In this document: positions 46,845 to 60,300 of the stretch, one piece after another
How the letters are laid out: each line of letters begins with the position of its first letter
How positions within the stretch are numbered: position 1 is the first letter of the stretch
Assembly: GCA_964658305.1 (NCBI GenBank)
Contig: OZ210885.1
Coordinates: forward strand, 7,688,001 to 7,752,000
Length of the DNA stretch: 64,000 nucleotides
Reading direction: 5' to 3'
From: Leptogorgia sarmentosa
Taxonomy: Eukaryota
Position numbers and translations under genes: made by a program
Notes under the pieces: model-generated
Database searches by the model: none
What the model saw: the letters and a program-made list of their open reading frames with translations, nothing else
What the model was told of the DNA's origin: nothing

Positions 46845-46881
46845 ATTCAACGTTTCGACTTCATTTAGTCATCTTCAGGAT
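46845..46881 (-). ncRNA. Minimal hammerhead ribozyme core (Penelope pLTR)
   Basis: Reverse complement CTGAAGA-T-GACT-aaatga-AGTC-GAAACGTT. Confidence 0.7.
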
Positions 46882-48737
46882 TAGGATTAGGATTTGATTT
46901 TTATCTAAGTTTGTTGGCCAATGTTTTAGGGAATCCGTTGTGACGCGAAATTCCTGACTTGCTAAATACATGATTATCGCAGTTCTGCACATGCGCAAAT
47001 GATGTGCGTCATCCACGCTGGCTCATGAATTTCGCAACTGCTGAAGCTACAACAACACGTTTTACTTTGAAAGAGATTTTTAAGTGGTTTTCTTACAAAA
47101 ATTCTTTACGAATGGCTCCAAATTCAAGTACGGCATCTGTTGCTGACTGTGCTAGTGTTGAAGTAGCGAAGCATCAATCGAAAGTCTGTTTCGCGAACAG
47201 CCCACGGCCTATATTAAACTCATTGAGTCGTTTCTATCTAATTTAACTAGTTGGTGGTGCGTATATTGTGCGTATGTTGAAATATCTTCATATTATGGTT
47301 GTATGAATGATTCAATGTCATTGACATTGTGCATTTGTAGTTCAAATAATTTACTGAACAGTCAAAAACTGATTTAAAAATATTTAAGCTTTTCCTTATA
47401 AAACCGCAGCTTAAAACTAGGGCATAGCGATCTACCTTACAATGGTATCCGAAGATACCTACATAGGTAGGCCTAAAACGCGTTATACTAGTGTAATAAT
47501 CAACTTTTTTTTGCAAATATATTCTATATGCAAAATATATTTCTATTTATTTATTATTCATTTCCCGTGAAGTCGCAGATTGTTTACTGAATATACTCTA
47601 TATAAAGTATAATCGATAAAAAACACATATATTCCGATTGTTTTGTAATATCAGAAATATCAAATTGATTCTAGCTTCGGTGTTCGATACAATACATTAT
47701 TATAGCACCAAACACGATATAAACCGAGATGTGAGTCAAGAAAAGTGGTTTTGATTGAGGTTTTCATCGAGTCAGGTATTTCGCAAGCGTCATGTATTTC
47801 CCGCCTACGTACGCGAAATACATGAGCCGTCACGCTTGGTCAAGAATTTCGCTTGACACCGTTCCAAGACATAAATTTGCGAATTTTCTTTTTTTACCAA
47901 CATACCACTTCACAGCGAAAACACCATATGACCACACTTTACGGCGAAAACACCATAAAACTGATCCTTGATGATTGTACCAAAACTCAATTTTCCGTCA
48001 ACGGTGATCTTTATAAACAATTTCGAGTTTCGATGGGTTCGCCTTTAAGTCCAACTTTAGCTAACATCATCATGATGGCATTAGAAGACGAAATAATAAA
48101 AGACCTTTTCCAAAACGATACTATAAAATTCTATATAAGATAATGTTGATGACATACAGTTCACGCATGAAGAGTTCGTCGATAACGAGGTAATTTTTTT
48201 GGATATCGAATTAACATCTAACGGCACTTCGATTTTTCGTAAGAGCACACACACAGGCCAGTATATCCATTAATCTAGTTTTTCTCCGTGGTCGTACAAA
48301 ATTGCATGGATTAGGTCACTTGTGCATAGTACTTGCACTGTTTCGTGCAAAGATAAAACACCTAAGGAGTTTCAAAGTTCGGTGGTTTATAAATTTTCAT
48401 GTCCTGGGTGCGGCAAAACATACATAGGAAAGACAGACAGATGCCTCTATACAAGACTGAACGAACATGCAATCACAGACAAAAACTCAGAGATTGATAA
48501 AAACATTAACACTTGCGAACAATTTAACTATCTGAACCTACTGAACAACTGCAACATCATAGACAGGGCTAAGCATTGGTCAAATCGGCTGTTCAAAGAA
48601 AAAAATCATTCATCGACAAAAACCGGAACTGAATCATGGGACTAAAGCATCTAGACAACTATCGGTTTTCTTCTGATTAAATATCAAATTACGTAGAATA
48701 TATATAACGCGTGCACATGAAATATAACCATTCCTGA

Positions 48738-48775
48738 ATGCTGATGATGACTAAATAAAGTCGAAACGTTGAATC
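48738..48775 (+). ncRNA. Minimal hammerhead ribozyme core (Penelope pLTR)
   Basis: CTGATGA-T-GACT-aaataa-AGTC-GAAACGTT. Confidence 0.7.
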
Positions 48776-51305
48776 AAAATGCTTACGTTATTCGGAGTTA
48801 CCGTTGTTGTGTATTTCATGAAAATACTCAGACTGAGTGTTTCCCGTAATTATAAGTAGGCTATGTATATGCATATTTCAGGATGGACAGGATATGTAAA
48901 AAGAACAATGTTTTACTTAAGTCTGAGCATAGACGATTGTCTATGATCTAAGTGACTTTTAAGCGCTTATTACATTAATATGGCACGGCTTGAATGACAC
49001 AATTAACGACAGAGATATATTTAATCGTTGTCAGTTTACAACTGTCCATAATATGCTCGAAATACGGAACACACTATGGCCAGAAATGCACGACAGTCAG
49101 CTACTTAGCATGCGCAAAGCCTGACACGTATTTATTCAAAATGGCGTTTATTACTAGTAGATTATACCAGTAAAACGCATTTTCCACAAATAGCATTAAT
49201 ATTGTGAGCATAAACCTATTTGCCAACATCTTGAAATGATTAAAACAACCCAACGTGAACCTGTACGAAATTATATAATACAAAGGATTCGGAAAGTTGG
49301 TTCCGCATAAAATAATTATCGAAGCAACTATGCCTTTATATAAGCTGTATTAAATCCATAATTTATGCAGTAATACCCGAATTGGTGGCAAAATTACCCT
49401 GGTTTTCAATGTTGCCAACATCGTATTTTAAAGTTTGAAAGTTCCGCTACCAGTTTAAACCATTTGTAATGTTTAAAAGTCCACAGAAAGCGGTTCCTTT
49501 TAGCCCCAAACGTGTCCATATTTCTTGCACAAAATGTAGGTCCAAAGCCTTGTAAACAGGGGATTTGCAATTTAAATTATCCATTGAAAGTCCTTCATCG
49601 TATTGCGCATGTTCTGTTGTCAATTAAGCGCCCGTTGTCCTAGCCGCTGACTGTCGCGCATTTCTGGCCATGTGCGAGGCAACGAATATTTGGAGACAGC
49701 GTTGAGTGGTCAATACTTTCCACTCGCCTTACAAATTGAATAAATCTGGCTTGTCTGATTGTTCAAAACTGGGTTACTCATATAGATTATTTGCGATAGC
49801 AAAGTAGGAAGTAAGATGGTATGGTTAGGAAGTGATAGTATGATAGTCAGTCCGTTGGGCAAAGCTGAGAAATAATAAAAGTAATTCTGAAAACCATAAT
49901 CTTGTTGCCATGTTCATTCTCCCGGAAAGAGGTATATGGAAGACAGCGGAGATGCCATTTCCGACCATCAAGAGATTCCAAATTTCTAAAATTTTCTCGC
50001 TCAGGCTCAGCGCCCATCCTATAGTGGCGGTGTATGACGTCTCGTGAACTGCGGTTCCCACCCAAATATAACCATTTTCTAACGCCCTGTTAACGTATCA
50101 TTTCGCCCGGCGAGAGAGGGGGCCAGTTGTCTGTTGCCCCCCCCCCGCCAAATTTTGCAGAGCAACGGGAATGAAAATTGTGTGCCTCTCTCGGTAACGT
50201 TAGGGCCGCCCCCTAATATTCCATAAGAAAGGGGCCAGAATACCTTTTGCTGCCGAATAATTATTTGATTTATCGTTATTGCAGCAAAATGTTTCAATTT
50301 ATATGAGACCTCGATGATGGCATTTCTGACGATCTAGAGACCTCAACTTCTCAAAATGTTCTCGCTTCGCGCCTCGTCAACTTAAACTATCTGTTGTGTT
50401 ATTTTAGCCCTCTGAGCACACCAGCCTTTCCCCACCACTTCAAATTTCGTTCATCCAGGCCTGATCATTTACTCTCAATTTTATTTACTAGCCCACTCGT
50501 CGGGGAACATATCCCCTCCACCGGGTAGTTGCTGGCGCCACCCGTGAGCTTTACCGGTTATTTATAGGGCGGGGGGGGGGGGGGGGAGCGGGAGCTAAAG
50601 TGTGGGTCTAAACGATGGGTCCAAATCCACAGTTTGCTCTGAAAATGGAATTTGAATGCTTGGCATTTGTTCTGCTTAAATCGCAATATTATACCTACTT
50701 TTATTTAGTTATTATTTCATAAAACCTGGTGCTTGTAATCCTATTTTCCCATCCGGCAGACAAAGGCATTCTGCATTACATATCATCCCGCACAGATTAC
50801 TATCTTGTAAATCTGATGACCTGCTTTGGACTTTCCCTTTCACCCCACGTCTTACCTACAAATTACTGAATAATTACATATAATTGTCAAAGGCAGTGGA
50901 TACTAGATTATGTCAACAAACAGCAAAAGTTCTAGTAATTACCTAAAGGATAAACTAGGATTCGATGTTTTGTGCAACGGCCCTCGGGCATTTTAACACA
51001 CACTAATTTTTGACTATTGGACTTTGCTTGAAGCATTAATTCTTATTGCATTTGTTCAGCCAGTGGGCAGAACTTTAGTTGATGTTGTTATTCGGTAGCG
51101 GTACCTATATAGCTACTGGCCACATGTTGAAGTTTGTTACCAGATGATTCCATACAATTATTTTCAAAGAAACTTCTACTTTCACATTTTTGTAAAACAC
51201 TTAAAATGTCAGAAAGTAATTATGTCTGTACTGTTTACAAAAGCTTTGTGCTTTGGTAGCTAAAATTGTAACACCATTATTTTATGTTTACTTCATAGAA
51301 CGATA

Positions 51306-54300
51306 ATGATATCAGAGGAAGAACAACATTGGGTTTTGGTTGGCATTGCCTTTACCAAAGTTCTTGCACCTGCATTGAGGAAAGTTGTCGCCACTGAACT
51401 TGGGAAGTGGTATAATTCTTTATGCCAACCACCTGATGAAATTCACAAGCAAGATTTCGCAGCATACAGAAGGAAGAAATTACCCCCTTCCACCCATAAC
51501 CTACAATATCAAAACATTAACAACAACATTATCCACAAGCCTACTAAATCAGCTTATGATTATGCTGTTAAAGATCCTGTCTCGTTGGCGAAACTATTCG
51601 TCACGGACTTTATGGCACATTTCACTGGATTTGATGAAACCATGGATATGTCAGCACTTTTGACTATTATCGGCAAGGCAGACCCTTTTGTATCTTCTGG
51701 TGCTGCAGCTGAAGCAAACAAAGTTCGGTCGGACATCAGAAACCCATGGGCTCATTGTAACATCTCTGAATGGACAGTGCATATGTTCAATGACTCGTTT
51801 CAAGCAATGGAATCTTTGGTGAAAATATTAAATTTACCAGCAGCTGACGAAAAAATAATTTGTGATGACCTAGATTTCTGGAATAAAACAGGTACACTGT
51901 ATTATTCCACAGATCATTTTTTATCTCCAGTACGAAAACCCCCATGTGTTGAAAGAATTTCTCTTATTATTTATTTATTATTATTATTATCCAATTTTAT
52001 TCATATATTACCATATATACAATTCAATGCGATTCTTAATACGATCAATCGTTGAAATTATATGGGGTCGAACAGGTAAAAAAAATTAAATTCTTCAATA
52101 GTGTAACTATACTTTGAAACTTTACATAGAAATCTAGTGTTGAATTGGTGACAGTGATTTATTTTTAGACCTTCATATAAGTGCAGAAGTTAAATGCCTT
52201 TAATACTGTATACAACATGATATACAGTATAGTACAACTAAATATATGCCGACATATGCATAAGATCAAAATTTTCACATGAATTAGACTTCGTAAATCG
52301 TACTAATTCCAGTTCGACATTTGTGTTCAAAACTTCAATCATCCAAAAGTGGAATAAAAGGGAATGTTTAACGCAATTTTGCCAATTTTTTCATTTTAGT
52401 ATTAGGCACGCAAAATTGATAGACTTTTCTCGATAAGGATATAAATGCATGGGTAATACAAAATATACAAAATTTGAAAACTTTACAGGGTCATATTTTT
52501 CGCATTTTAAAACAATTCTCAACCAAACTTTACAGTTTTACTAAATTTGGGATGCTCTTTAACGATGTAGCTCTGAATTGTACCATTTCGAAATTTTTAA
52601 AAATTGTCTATTATGCAAAAAATCTACTTTACTCAAAACGTCCGACCTGTTTGCATTTTTAGGTAGTGGGTAGGACATGTGCTGCTTGCTGATGTTGTTA
52701 TCCTCTATCTACTACACTGGCCGCATATTGAAGTTTGCTAATAACGACAGCAGACCATGCTTATCAAATAGTTTGTATGGACAGCAAGGCATGCTTTTTC
52801 ATGTATCCTTCGTGCTACGCGCATTAGCAGCGATATATTTATAGTGTTTGTGATACTCAAGATAAATTTTCTTCATTATTTCCAGACATTCTTGTTGATG
52901 GTCGTCATGCAAAACTAATTGCAGAAAGTGTAGCTGAACTTTGCCGTTGTATCAAAAACTACGATTTGGACGCCACAAAGGTTTGAGGAACTTTTGATGT
53001 TTCATTTAACAGTCGTTGAATAAGTAGGAAGACGCTGTTCAAATTAATATAAAACATGTTTCAAATGCGAGCCAATGCAAATTTTCAGCGTGGGAACGCA
53101 ATCTGTGCTTTTTTTCGATAATGCTGTTTTTATGAGTTTTGTTTTATCCGTTAAGTCAAACATGTGCATACTTTTTTGGGGACACGTTTGCAATAGAATA
53201 CTTAGAACGAAGCGTGTACCGATGAATAAAACACACTACATATCAATTACTGATAAATAAAATACTCTTTTAGGGGGAAAAAAACTAGCCCAAGGGGCTG
53301 GGACATCCCATTAAGCAAAACAATTGAGCCATTCTCATAGGCAAGAGATAAACCTAAATTTGATAGATAACAATTATTTTTCCTTGCAAAATTGCTATTG
53401 AGGTTCCAACGTTGAACTACAAATTTCTGAAAAGTTTACAAACTAGGAAACTTGCATATCAGATTTCAATAGACCTTATGTATAATGTCGTCACAAAAAC
53501 TTTAGCTCGTATTCGACTTTACATCTGTGTCGACCAAGCATTGAAATATTTCGTCCTCACAGTGAGGTAAAAATTATTCGATGGCAATTCGAATATTTTG
53601 AGAAAAAAGGGCCAATTTATAAGAGAGGAAAAAATAGGTACGCATGTGGGTAGCCCGTAAAAGATCGGCGAAGCAATTTTCCCTTTCCCTAAAATCCCAA
53701 CCATTAAAGTCAGGAAAATATTGATCAAGCTCAGACGGTTAAGAACACGGGCGTGCGTCGCTGTTCAAACAAAACAAGTCCACAGAGTTTCCGTCTTCTC
53801 TCTTTAGCTAGCCACAATGCGTAGTTTCTGTCCCTAGGATTTTTGACTTGCTCGGTAATTGCCTTGAAGTTCTTCAGTAATTCTATTTAATTTGGGAATT
53901 AACTCTATAAGCGACTGGCTTCGGTTTCTCGCCTTTGCTGGGCGAGAGTTATAACTCCATCGTTTATCGACTGGGAGTTTTATTTTCAGTTTGCCAAAGC
54001 ACTAGCTCCAAATATAGAACGACTGTCTTTAAACTTCAGGATATCAGACCGCAGTTGATTCTTTTCAGTGTTGGAGCTTAGTTCACCCCGCGCTAGTTAC
54101 TCTTCGTCACCTTTTTTTCATTCAAGAACTAACAATTTTACTTTACTCATCTCGCCTAAGATTCATTGTTTTCAGTCACCTCGATACACGCTTTCAATTC
54201 CAACTAATTCTTCTCGAATCCTTGTGTGGCCCTGCCCTCTTTACTTGTCAGGTCGTCCTCGGCTCATATATATTGTCTCATCTTAATCTCTAATCTAATA

Positions 54301-57300
54301 TATATGAAAAAATTTCTCGATTCTGATTGGCTGAAAGCAGTGCAATTTTAAGGAAATACAGTGCCAAAAAAGGAAATTCATGTTAATGTCCTATGATTGG
54401 CTGAGATTACAAAGCTATCCAATCAGATTAAGTTATTTCTGGCGAACAATAACAAAATATGAAATTATTCGAGGATTAAATAATGGCTGCCTCTTTGGGT
54501 AGATTTTTTTGGCAACAGACAAATGATAGAGGGGCTTAAAAATTGTTAGAAAAATGAAAATACCAGGAAAGATATCTATTCTTGTGGTTGCTTGTGCGGA
54601 GAAAATGGTGCATTGAAAAGGAAATACAGCGCGAGATACAAAATATTCCGCAAGAGGTGTTAGATTATATATTTTGCTCGATTGTTTTTATGCTGAACGA
54701 AAACTGTGAATTAAAAAAGAAACGACATGAATATGAACCAGACAGCTTAAAAGTGATATTAACAGCAGTCGATGATGACAACTTTTTTATAATAAGAGAC
54801 AAAGATTTCTCTTCGTTCAAGCAAGTGCTCGGTGGACAAGCAAAACATCTCCGCATATTAGCGGCCGAACAAAGCGAGACAAGTAAAATCTACTTAAATT
54901 CTCATGCTATTTGGAAAAACATACACTCGTGAGTTTGTCAAAGACTTCAAATTACACTCGTCCTTTGGACTCGTGCAATTTTAATGTCTTTGAAAAACTC
55001 ACTCGTGCATGTTTTTTTCCAAATTGCACTCGAAACCATACAATTACTCATACTAATAACGTCAGATTATAACTATTATTACATCACACACCTTAAACCG
55101 CTTTGTGAAGTTGAGAGTGATTTCAGATTTGTTTTAGCCAGTAAATTGAATATTACTAAATCAATTTTATCTATTCAGATAAATCCAGTGATGGAGAAAC
55201 TCGATAACATACAATCCACACTGCTTCGCAAAATTAAAGAGGTTGAAAGATCTGCAGCTGAGAAACTTGAACATCATTCAATGGAGCTTAAACGTCTGGC
55301 GGAGAAAACAGATGAAATCGAATGTCGTCAGAAAAAGCCGAGGACGGAGCATTCAGATTTTGCAGAGAAAAAAGGTAGTGTTTCAATTAACTAGGAAAGA
55401 TGGGAATCTATTTATGCAGATTATATTATGCAGGAAAATTTACAGAGTATCAGGCAGCCATTCAATTTTCAAAATTTGTCCCCCCAGGAACCTTCCCGGT
55501 CTTCAACGTTCTGTTTCTAAGAATTTCTTGTAGGAAAATATCTCGTTAGAGTAAACGGCAACAGGAATGCAACATGTCTTCTAACACTTCCCAGATTTAG
55601 TGGGAATCCGAAAGCATTGGCAGTGCAGTACGCGCTGTCGCACTCATCATCACTAAAAATGAATTTTAATGTTGGGCGGGTTAACTGCGTAGGTCACAGC
55701 AAAATAAAAAACGCTCGTGAAAAGTTGACGCAGCTCAATTGCGACAAGAATGCTTAAATGTTGCTTATTGTAGTTAAATGCTCCTTCTTTTGATTTATGT
55801 CCTAAAGTGCCTCATTATCATTTTCATTTATGATATTGACTTTAATTCAGTAACAAACATAATAAATACACGAGATTGGATCGGAACTGGATCCAATGCA
55901 CGGTGCCAGGCTGACAAAAATATACAAACTACTAGGGTAACTATTATAATATTTTTATACAAGCATTTAAATAGATAAAATTAGGATTGACAAGGAGACG
56001 TCCTATCTAAAGAATATATTAATAAGTACAGGGTAAATCGGGATCGAATGTTGTTGTGAAAAGTTCCTGATAAGTTTTATACAAGATTTTTGTGTACAAG
56101 TTCCAACCTGCGAAAGTTTAATAGAACAGGAAGAGCGTAATTGTATCATACGTTTTATTCTATTGCACTCTTATGTTAATTTTCATCTATATCTTTGTAG
56201 CATGCAAACATTTTATTCTATATTCAATGGCAACTTTCTATGCATGGGCAAGCCCTGCGACCCTGTAATTCATATTTCTTCTCCCCCTCTGGAATAGTTC
56301 GTGACAACAAGTTTAATAAATTCATGATAACATGTTTCAAACAGTAGCTACAGTTTAGGTATAACGGATAACAACATCAATAAACAGCAAAAGCTCTGCT
56401 CACTATCAAAGAATAACGCAGAAATTTAATATTTCCGACAAACACTTGCATAGATGCGTATGCACCACAATGCAGTAGTTTTTAATTTCAACACGGCGCA
56501 AAATAATGAGATTCACGGCATTTTAGAAAGTCAGCAAATCAAAATATATTTCTAATCACCTGAGCAATTAACATGCAATGCCTTTTAAAATATGGACAAT
56601 GGCACGAGATAGCGTAACTAAAATGTTACGTTAATATATACAGGATGTATCAAAAGACAATTTTTAAATCGCTCTCAACTTCGTTAAGCGGCTTAAGGTA
56701 AAACGTTTTTGGTTACTTACACATTGCTTGGGTACTTATATATGTGGAATCAACAAAAACAAATTAAATTAGAATTTGGTAAAAAAACAAGGGGTCTTTT
56801 CCAACAGACTAGAATTGCTTTTTATAAAAATCAATTCTTTCAACGGACACGTTAATGTTGCCACTTCGGGGCAACACACTTCATGAGATCGGTTAACAAT
56901 TTCCTGTAGTTCTTCAAGATTTGAAATGTTCGAAGTATGTGTTACTACCTCGCATTCAGATTTAGCACTATCACGCTCTATGACTCTTCCATCAGCTCCG
57001 GACATGATTTGTTCGCCATGCAACAATTTGTCTTTTCTCAAAGAGCCAGGTTGAAAGCTTATGTTATTCGTCGGATTGACCTCGTTCATTGAGTAAATAT
57101 CAACAAACAGTTCTTTTAAGTTATCTGCCACATTATTTTTGAAGGTCAGCATGATTCCATGTGAGAATAGGTCAGATTTGGATTTCAGAAATTTCTTATA
57201 TTTGCCACCTGATGAAATGAGAAAAAGTCTCATTATTTTTGCACGGGATCAATCGCGTGCAAAAATTGTTCAGACTGACTACTTGTCCCCCATTCCCCCC

Positions 57301-60300
57301 TGAAACAATCTTGTAACAACGATATCACGCCATCTGGTTTGCTCAAAAAGATCCGTCGAGGCAGAATTGTTAAAGGGGAAGGGGGGAAATCAGTGACGGA
57401 ACGCAACCTCTGGGGGCCCTCCAACAGTCGACTACTTTGGGGCCCCCTTTGCTCCACTAATTAATAGGCTGAATTTACCACTTATGTCTACACAACGGCA
57501 AACCTCACTTTGTTACAGAATAGACTCGAACCCGAATTTGAATTTAATGAATTTCGCTTCTCTCTTCCAAAGAACAGGTAACGCCGTAACGGATACACCA
57601 TAAGTCCCAATTATTAAAAAGTCCCTGTCCCTCCTCTGTGGGAGGAAACCAGATACTAATACGAAATGCGCAATACTTTATTTTATCGGCGTCGGAAGGC
57701 GTATGGGAACTTAGACTTTTCACTTAGACTTTGCAGGCTGCGTAGTATTTTTGTTTTTTGCATAATGATAACATAATCACATTAATAGGCAACTCCACCG
57801 GCACCTGCCTATCTGCCTGTTTTTCGTATTTTAATTCCCCAGAAATGTGCTATCAATTTTTTATGTTCATTTTGTCGCGGGCCCCTAAAGTTCGGGGGCC
57901 CCCTGTCACTGGACACCATGACACCCCTCCGTTACGCCACTGGGGGGAATGTTAAAACCAATTGAAGAAGATCTGGTTAAATTCATGTGTGAATATGAGA
58001 AAAATGTTTGAAGTAGCTAAAGTCTCATTTTGGCACGGGATTGTAGATATTAGACATATTCCGTTTATTTTGTATTGTAGTTGCGTATGGATTACGCAGT
58101 CTACCTCGTGACATGGTGGAAAGACCATCAGAAGTGAACGACATATTGAAACTACTTACGGAAGGAAATAATCGAGTTGGTGTGGTCGGGAATCGTAGCG
58201 GCGACGTCGTTGGTATTCGTGGTATGGGGGGTCTGGGTAAGACCATCTTAGCTCTGGCTGTCGCTTGGGCTGCCAATGAATCTCGTCAGGTAATATGGCT
58301 TGACATTGGAGAAACTCCTGACTGCTTATCACTCATTAACCTGCTCATAAAAGTTCTTGGTGGCGAAGCCTCGTTCACTGACATCCGGGCAGCGCAATCC
58401 TGGGTCACAGCAAACACGGTATGTGTGTATTATTTTAACTTTTTGTAATACTCATGATGCGTTATTACACAAAATCATTGTTACGTTACTGGTGATGCAA
58501 ATAGCGCGTTATGTAAACTCCCACTGATTCCGCCATAAGAGGAAAACCGAGAAAGTGATTAGCGTGATGAGATGGATATCAGGTTTTTTCGTTGCAAAGT
58601 AACGAACACACTGTAAGCTTTTCACCACTTACAGTATGCCTATGACAAAGACGACGATACACTAGGTGAGGGTCGCCCTTTTAATCAGTACCATACATAG
58701 CCCGATAATGCGCGGGGATCATATTCATGTATATTCGTATTCTTAATGACTTTTTCGAAATCTAGTGTCTTTGAACTTTGTAAACGCGGATATATGATTG
58801 TGCCTTCTCCAATTACCGTTTGGCTACCCATCTATTGATAATTCTGAAGCAGTGGCAACGTTGCTTCAGCTTCGATCCAGTTAATCTTACCCATAGGCGT
58901 ACGAGGGGGGGGGGGGGGGGGGGGCTGGGGGGGCTGCAGCCCCCTCGAAATTTTTGAGAATTCATCTATTCGGGCAAAAATTGTCTTGTCATTCGGGCAG
59001 CGACGGTCTGGTGATTAGATAAAATGTTGTTACGCTAGTAACTTTCTCTTTCTCTGTAAATCGTAATGAATATATTTAGCTTATAATTGAAATGGCTAGG
59101 GACGACATATTTCTTGTTATATCTTCAAAGGAAAGCTTTTCATTTATAGTATTCTCAGATTATATAATATTATGATGACGTCATGAAATCTATGACGTCA
59201 TGTAATTCGGGCAAATTCAGCCCAGCCCCACCCAAAAAAATGTGCCCGTACGCCTATGATCTTACCAATGCGACAAGAAACTCGAAAAGCATCAGCACAG
59301 CGACAGTATGTAAAGCAGTTTTGTATGTATTGCAGAGTGAAAAAGATTGCTTGGTGATTCTTGATGATGTTTGGAGTGTAAACCACGCTTCTGTATTTGA
59401 TCATCTCTCTGGAAAATGCCAATTATTAATAACTACAAGGAATTCTGAAGTTGTTCGCGGTTTACGAGGTTCTGCTTTGTATAAACTCAATTTTTTAAAA
59501 CGGACTGGATCTTACAAGCTCTTGTATCAAAGCGCCCAAGTCACCGAGGACGAGCAGTCCGAGTTTAGCTCAAACATGCGGCGAATTATAGAGGAAATGT
59601 TAAACCATTGTGGCGATCTACCGCTAGCTCTGTCCCTTGTGGGTTCAAGTTTAGCCGACACTCGCGACGAACAAGACTGGGAAGACGTTTTAAATGACCT
59701 CAAAAAAGCAGACTTGGTAAAATTACGTTCAATATATCCCGCCAAAGCTTATCCTTACGATAACGTCTTAACAGCCATTAACGCCAGCTTTCAACATTTG
59801 GACGAAGAAATACGAGAAAAGTTTCTAGATTTTGCTTTATTTCCAGAAGATACGGATGTACCATTAGACATTCTTGAGCTGTTTTGGTCTTCCAAAGTAG
59901 CCGGAAGAACTTCGTGCAGCCGTCGTGAAGGAAGACGTATACTTGATGAGCTCGAAAAGAAGTCGATGATTCAACAAGGTAAATGAAGACAGGGTGCATG
60001 ATAATAGACAAAAATCTATCGCCACAGTTGGAAACAGCGTGCAAAAATTACCATAATTGCTAAGTTTAAAGAAGAAATGTCATAAAATGGGAATATCATT
60101 GCCAGACACATTCATTTTGTGTACTATTTTATCAGCACAAAGTAAATTATATCCATTTCAGACGATAATGTGTATTAACTTACTTCTGCGTCATAAATAG
60201 TATGTAAATTGTGCTAAATTTGCATGGGCACAATTTCCCCATTTTATCATTTCTATTCTTCAAACTTTGCTTTCATACTAATTTCAGCACGCTGTTTCCA

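Larger units (their letters stand above)
46786..48831 (+). mobile_element. Decayed Penelope-like retroelement with inverted terminal pLTR segments
   Basis: RT fragment (SMGSPLSPTLANI, damaged YVDD) at 47950-48150, GIY-YIG (VVYKFSCPGCGKTYIGKT.R.L..R..EH) at 48380-48470, and ~90-bp inverted repeats at 46786-46878 / 48741-48831. Confidence 0.85.

Noticed and set aside
56769..57457. Antisense ORFs (154 aa and 74 aa) in the NB-ARC intron
   Set aside because: No recognisable motif and interrupted by a stop and a MITE; probably a transposon relic that I cannot assign.
57519..57577. AG...GT candidate exon in the NB-ARC gene
   Set aside because: It is 59 nt, has an in-frame stop in the required phase, and lies inside a MITE.
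59183..59335. N-terminal part of the 267-aa ORF
   Set aside because: It is MITE and intron sequence; the real exon starts at the acceptor at 59336.
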